From a candidate division WOR-3 bacterium (GTDB lineage: Bacteria; Hydrothermota; Tepidihabitantia; Tepidihabitantales; Tepidihabitantaceae), in assembly GCA_026397595.1 (NCBI GenBank), contig JAPLUO010000292.1, positions 1 through 58,229 of the forward strand: DNA of 58,229 bases, written 5' to 3'. The notes under the pieces are model-generated. The model had not been told where the DNA came from and did not search any database. It saw only the letters and a program-made list of their open reading frames with translations. Of the stretch, positions 53,959-58,229 are shown in pieces; within the stretch, counting starts at the first letter, position 1, and each line of letters opens with the position of its first letter. The position numbers were made by a program, and so were the translations under genes.

Positions 53959-55935
53959 CTATCGGCCGAGCTTGGCCCGGGCGCGGGCCGCCACGGTTTT
54001 GGCCCAGGGATGGCCGGGCACGAGCTTCAGCACCTGCTCGGCCCGGTCAAGCGCAACCTGGTAGTGACCGGCATTGAGCGCGGCGAGCGAGAGGTTGAAG
54101 AGCAGCGCCGGGTCGTCAGGAAATCGCCGCACCGCACGACTGAGCATGTCGAATGCCGTCTCATGCTGCTTCCGCGCGCCCAGCAGGCCGCCGAGCATCA
54201 GGTAGGCGTCACGGCTGGAGGAGTCGGCGGCCAAAGTCTCGGACAGCCGGACGATTGCCGACGCAGTGTCTGCCTGCGCGAGCGCTGCCCGGGCGAGCTC
54301 CAGCCGGTGGGGGCCGAATTCCGGCAGGGCGAGTCCGGTATTGAACGCCGCCGCCTCGCGAACCATGGCTTGGGCAAGGTCTTGCCTTTCGCTCTGGGCA
54401 TAGAGTCGCGCCAGCAGGACGCACGTCTCAGCCTGCGCCAGCCTTTCCTGGCGACTGGCCGGGTCGACGTTCTTTTCATAGATATCGACCGCCGTGCGGT
54501 ATGCCGCCTCCGCCTTCTGTGGTTGGCTCGAGCCGTATTGCCAGACCTCGGCCAGGTTGCGGTACGCCCCGGCGCGCAGCAGTTCCGAGCCGCGCCGCAG
54601 GGGCAGCGTGAAGGCCACGGTCGAAAGCAACAACAGGGCTACACCAACCACAACCGGCAATGGCCGGAGCTTTCGGAATCGCGCCGCCCGCCAGAGCTTG
54701 TACGCACCGGCTCCAGCCAGCGCCGCCAGCGCCGGGTATGCGGGCAGGCGATAGCGGTCGGCCACGTAGAAAATCAGCAGGGCTGCCAGCGTGCCGAGCA
54801 GGACCGCGTACAACGGCCAGTAGCGCCGTTCGCGCGAGAGCAGTGGCCCGGTAACGGCCAGGGCGAGCAGCAACCCGAAGCGGACAGATGCGAGGCGCAA
54901 AGGCCAGACCATATGCAGTTCCAAGTCAAGGTTGTAGTCTGACGGTGATTCGTAGTCGGACAGGGCAAGCACCAGCTTGCGGCCCAGCAGCAGTGCGAAT
55001 GCGCCGGGGTTGTGAACGACCCAGGATACAGCCCGCCCGGCCCAGAAGGCGGAAACTTGCGACGGCCGGAGTGCGTGCCCGGCAAGCGATTCCGCGTACA
55101 GCTTCTCGAACTGCTCCTGTTCGGCAATCGCGGTCAGGAAACGGCCTTCGTGCTTGAACTCGAACATCTCCGGCGGCTGGGCAAGGGTGCCGGCGGCAAG
55201 GCGGTTGTTACCTTGGTAAAGGGTGAAGCCGCCGTTGGAACTGATGGGGACAAAGTCCTGCCCGGCCGTGGCGTTGCGCACCGTCACCACGCCGACGACC
55301 AGCAGGCAGCCGGCAATCCCGAGCCAGACGCCCTTGCGTCCGGCGGTCCGGCCCGCAACCGCCCAAATGCAGGCGAGCGCGAAGATGATACCGGCACCGG
55401 CCCAGGCGACCGCCGCCGCGCCGAAGACGATGCCGGCCGGCAGCCAGATCCAGCGCTGTCGCCGGTCGCCGACCAGCAAGAGCAGGTAGCTCCCGAGCGT
55501 GATGAGGAAGACTACGAGTGTGGCCGAGAGCAACTTGCTCTCAAAGAATGGCAGGGGCGCCGCGAGCGCGGCCAACGCGAGCGCAATCAGCGCGGCCGTC
55601 GGGCCGAACAGCCGGCGGGCGATGTAATAGACCAGGAGTATCGTCGCCAGCCCGAGTACCACTTGCACGATGTAGACCGGCCACACGCCCGCGCCGGTCT
55701 TGATGGCCAGCGCGACGAAGTACGGATACAGAGGCGCGCGATAGAAGACCCCGGTGGTCTGGACGCCCGCGGCAATCTGCCCGGCCCAGTCAAGATAGAT
55801 CTCGGCGTCGCCGAGCGGGTGAGCGTGGAACGGCAGGTTGCGGAGGTAGCAGACAAAGTAGGCGGCCCGCAAGACCGCCGCCCCGAAGAGAATCAGCGCC
55901 GGCGGCCACCACCGGTTCGCCGCCGGCCGGCTCAC
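53959..55935 (-). CDS. GT-C (PMT/ArnT-like) membrane glycosyltransferase with C-terminal TPRs
   Basis: DAEIYLDWA, RAPLYPYF, many TM helices, GFTLYQGNN, RYRLP, TPR helices; probable GTG start at 55935. Confidence 0.75.
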   Translation of the reverse strand: MSRPAANRWWPPALILFGAAVLRAAYFVCYLRNLPFHAHPLGDAEIYLDWAGQIAAGVQTTGVFYRAPLYPYFVALAIKTGAGVWPVYIVQVVLGLATILLVYYIARRLFGPTAALIALALAALAAPLPFFESKLLSATLVVFLITLGSYLLLLVGDRRQRWIWLPAGIVFGAAAVAWAGAGIIFALACIWAVAGRTAGRKGVWLGIAGCLLVVGVVTVRNATAGQDFVPISSNGGFTLYQGNNRLAAGTLAQPPEMFEFKHEGRFLTAIAEQEQFEKLYAESLAGHALRPSQVSAFWAGRAVSWVVHNPGAFALLLGRKLVLALSDYESPSDYNLDLELHMVWPLRLASVRFGLLLALAVTGPLLSRERRYWPLYAVLLGTLAALLIFYVADRYRLPAYPALAALAGAGAYKLWRAARFRKLRPLPVVVGVALLLLSTVAFTLPLRRGSELLRAGAYRNLAEVWQYGSSQPQKAEAAYRTAVDIYEKNVDPASRQERLAQAETCVLLARLYAQSERQDLAQAMVREAAAFNTGLALPEFGPHRLELARAALAQADTASAIVRLSETLAADSSSRDAYLMLGGLLGARKQHETAFDMLSRAVRRFPDDPALLFNLSLAALNAGHYQVALDRAEQVLKLVPGHPWAKTVAARARAKLGR

Positions 55936-55970
55936 GTTCCGGTGAGCAGTTGCCGGCACTAGCGCAATAT

Positions 55971-56168
55971 GGGGTATTCCCTTCACTCAAGTACGTACTA
56001 CCGGTTGTGTTGGCAGCGACTTGGCAAACCGCGAATGCCTCTGACCATCGCCGTGAAGGGTGCGGGCTTCACCGTGACTGCCTGCTCCAACAGCCGGTAG
56101 AAGAGCCTGCGAGGGTACTCGCAGCAGGCCTCCTCGGCAGTGAAAAGAGTCTCCACAGGGCATACCCC
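55971..56168 (-). mobile_element. Internally deleted IS1595-like remnant (MITE-sized)
   Basis: Terminal IRs GGGGTATTCCCT and AGGGCATACCCC; 52-codon ORF 56156-55998 joins FTAEEACCEY to LFYRLLEQAVTVKPAP..HNR. Confidence 0.65.
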
Positions 56169-56184
56169 ATATTCGGAAAGTCCC

Positions 56185-56490
56185 GGCCCTCTAGCCAGCC
56201 CCTATCCCAGCACACGTCACAGCACCATGCCCTTGCCTCGCAGCGACCATCGTTCCGGCCCTCGTCCCAGCGCCCGTGACAGCATCCGGCCCTCGTCTCG
56301 CAACAGCCGCCGCTCCAACCCTTGTCCCAGCACCTGCAACAGCACCCAGCCCTCGTCTCGCAACAGCCGTCGTTCCAGCCCTCGCCACAGCACCCGCAAC
56401 AGCAGCTGCTCCTGCCGCCGCAACGGCGCTTGCTCCGGCCCCTGTAACAGGTCAACCACCAGCAGCCGCCCCAGCTCCTGCAACAGCACG
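56185..56490. repeat. 12-bp-period array with 60-bp higher-order units
   Basis: Units at 56221, 56281, 56341 and 56401 align column for column. Confidence 0.8.
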
Positions 56491-56623
56491 ACCGCCGCGC
56501 CTCCGGCGCGCCGGCGGTGATGCTGCCGGTGCGGACGCTGAAGCTGACGCGAGGCACCGGGCCCGCGCTGCACACGTACTGGACCGGTTACTGAACCCTG
56601 ACGCCGTAGCGGACAGCGTTCGT

Positions 56624-56655
56624 AAGGAAAGGCCGCGCCCCAGAGGCGCGGCCTT
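56624..56655 (-). terminator. Intrinsic terminator
   Basis: AAGGCCGCGCC-loop-GGCGCGGCCTT followed by TCCTT on the minus strand. Confidence 0.6.
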
Positions 56656-56671
56656 GCTGTAGAGCCGGCCT

Positions 56672-57973
56672 CTAGTTGAACAAGACCGACTTGCTCGACA
56701 CCGTTCTGCCGTCAATGGTCAGGCGGTAGAAGTACGTGCCGTTGGCAACGCGGCGACCATCCGAGTTGGTGCGGTCCCAGGTCGCGCTCTGGCTGCCCGG
56801 CTCAAGCGTGCCGTTCACCAGCGTGCGAACCGGCGAGCCGGTCGCGTCATACACACCCAGGCTCACTCTGCACCGTCGGGCAACCGTGAAGTTGATGCGG
56901 ACGCGGTCGCGCACCAGGGTTGGTAGCACATTGTCGATCAAACCGCCGAGCTTCGTGCGTTGTTCTTCGACAGCCGCAGGCTGGGGCCGGACCGAGACCG
57001 ACGCGTACGCAGTGTCGTTGTGATAGATCGAGTCCTCGGGCAGTTTCGTGAACATCGTTACTTTGTAGTCACTCCCGACGGCTCCGGTCCAACTCTTGGG
57101 GAAGGTTACGTCCGCAGACTCGGACGGCGCGAGCGGGCCCGTATAGATGGCCGTGTCAGTGAAGACGACGTGGATGGATTCTCCAACAACCGAGTCAATC
57201 TGGCAGATCACCGGGACGTTACTCACGGGATTGGAGCCGAAGTTGCGGATGCGGGCCATGGGCGCGATTTGCCCCGGCACGACAGTGTCTATCGGCGCCA
57301 GAACCAACTCTGCGCCAACATCGTGGGCCGGGATACCGCCGCGGCCCAGGAACGCCCGGATGTGCCAGTTCACGTTGAAGCCGACGCTGCTCACCTGTAT
57401 CCACCGGCCATCGCTGTTTATCCAGCCACCGCGGTCCGCCACGGCCGGGCCATCGTCTATCCCCAGTGGGTAGGTTCCGGCCCCGTGGTTTATCCGTGGA
57501 CCGATCCAGATGTCGTCACTTGAGCCCGCCAGCGGCACCAGGACCGGCAGGTTAATTGTATGCCAAGCCATCGTAGTCGCGCCGGAGTAGGGCACCGACT
57601 CGATTATCGCACCGGGTGTCGTGGACGTGCCCTTGCCCCATACGAACAAGTAGTCGTCGTTGGACGAATCCCTTTTGTAGAAAACCACCGTCGCGACCGT
57701 GCATGCCACGGTTGGAGTCAGGCGGGCAGCCGTATAGAAAACGCCGCCGGCCGTCAGACCCAGAGCGTTGTTGAACGCCTCAAGGTCCACGTGCAGCGTG
57801 TCGCCGGGCAGATCAGTCCTGGGCGAGGGCCCGGGAATGGCGATAGCCTCAGACGGACGGCGCAGCGAACTCAGGACGCCGGCACCGGACGGCACGTTCG
57901 TATCAGCGGTCTGCGCTGCCAGAGAGAGCCCGACAAGAAGCAGCAGGCCTAAGATCGTAGTACCAATTCTCAC
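56672..57973 (-). CDS. Secreted protein with CARDB-like domain and FlgD-Ig/T9SS-type CTD
   Basis: Signal peptide, HDVG..IRNFG, VYDATG..WDRTNSDGRRVANGTYFYRL. Confidence 0.75.
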   Translation of the reverse strand: MRIGTTILGLLLLVGLSLAAQTADTNVPSGAGVLSSLRRPSEAIAIPGPSPRTDLPGDTLHVDLEAFNNALGLTAGGVFYTAARLTPTVACTVATVVFYKRDSSNDDYLFVWGKGTSTTPGAIIESVPYSGATTMAWHTINLPVLVPLAGSSDDIWIGPRINHGAGTYPLGIDDGPAVADRGGWINSDGRWIQVSSVGFNVNWHIRAFLGRGGIPAHDVGAELVLAPIDTVVPGQIAPMARIRNFGSNPVSNVPVICQIDSVVGESIHVVFTDTAIYTGPLAPSESADVTFPKSWTGAVGSDYKVTMFTKLPEDSIYHNDTAYASVSVRPQPAAVEEQRTKLGGLIDNVLPTLVRDRVRINFTVARRCRVSLGVYDATGSPVRTLVNGTLEPGSQSATWDRTNSDGRRVANGTYFYRLTIDGRTVSSKSVLFN

Positions 57974-58091
57974 ACGTTCCTCCTCAGTTGTTTCGAACTG
58001 TCTCGCTGCCTGCGATACCGCAGTAGCGCGTCTCTGATAGGCCTCAAGAATGAGGGAGTTTACCTACCGCCTACGGCAAGTCAAGCGGGCG

Positions 58092-58229
58092 CGTTGCCTC
58101 ACCAGAAATCTATACGAAACGGGGTCGTTGCCTCACGTAAGGAATCTAGCTGAAAGGAGTCATAATCTGACCTTCCCCGGACCTAAAAGGAGATGGCCAG
58201 ATGGTACTAACCATGCGTGAGAAGCAAGC
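58092..58229 (+). mobile_element. Probable left end of an IS with the start of an integrase-core (rve/DDE) transposase, cut by the window edge
   Basis: CGTTGCCTCAC..AATCTA twice (58092, 58126), AAGGAG RBS, ATG 58201 reading MVLTMREKQ. Confidence 0.4.

Noticed and set aside
1-58229. tRNA or rRNA genes
   Set aside because: None recognised by eye; a tRNAscan/Infernal run would be needed to exclude them formally

Overview
GC-rich bacterial chromosomal window. The many secreted proteins with a FlgD-Ig/T9SS-type C-terminal domain suggest an FCB-associated lineage such as WOR-3 (inference only). Housekeeping blocks (tldD-pmbA-LonC-type protease; dapL-lysC-scpB-DUF4416-DUF502; Mut7-C, hutH, cupin; rbsK, fsa, prsW) alternate with accessory regions. 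There are two co-oriented type I restriction-modification operons, both with the layout hsdM-[cargo]-hsdS-[cargo]-hsdR. The second is an eight-gene, tightly coupled defence operon: hsdM-SIR2-HerA-KTSC-hsdS-darT-darG-hsdR. Its KTSC gene is absent from the ORF track because it starts at GTA. This operon is bracketed by composite non-coding arms in inverted orientation (an 81-bp and a 37-bp repeat pair), and a third, direct copy of the arm precedes an ORF6N gene. Other signals: three independent cases where an extra gene sits behind a duplicated 5' stub of the downstream gene, a promoter-terminator-bounded ~72-nt sRNA candidate, an Ala-Cys-Gly (not ASG) HutH, many leaderless-type promoters, an internally deleted IS1595-like remnant, four degenerate 12-bp-period arrays, and abundant short-tandem palindromic elements, some in frame within genes. 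All calls come from reading motifs by eye; no database search was run.
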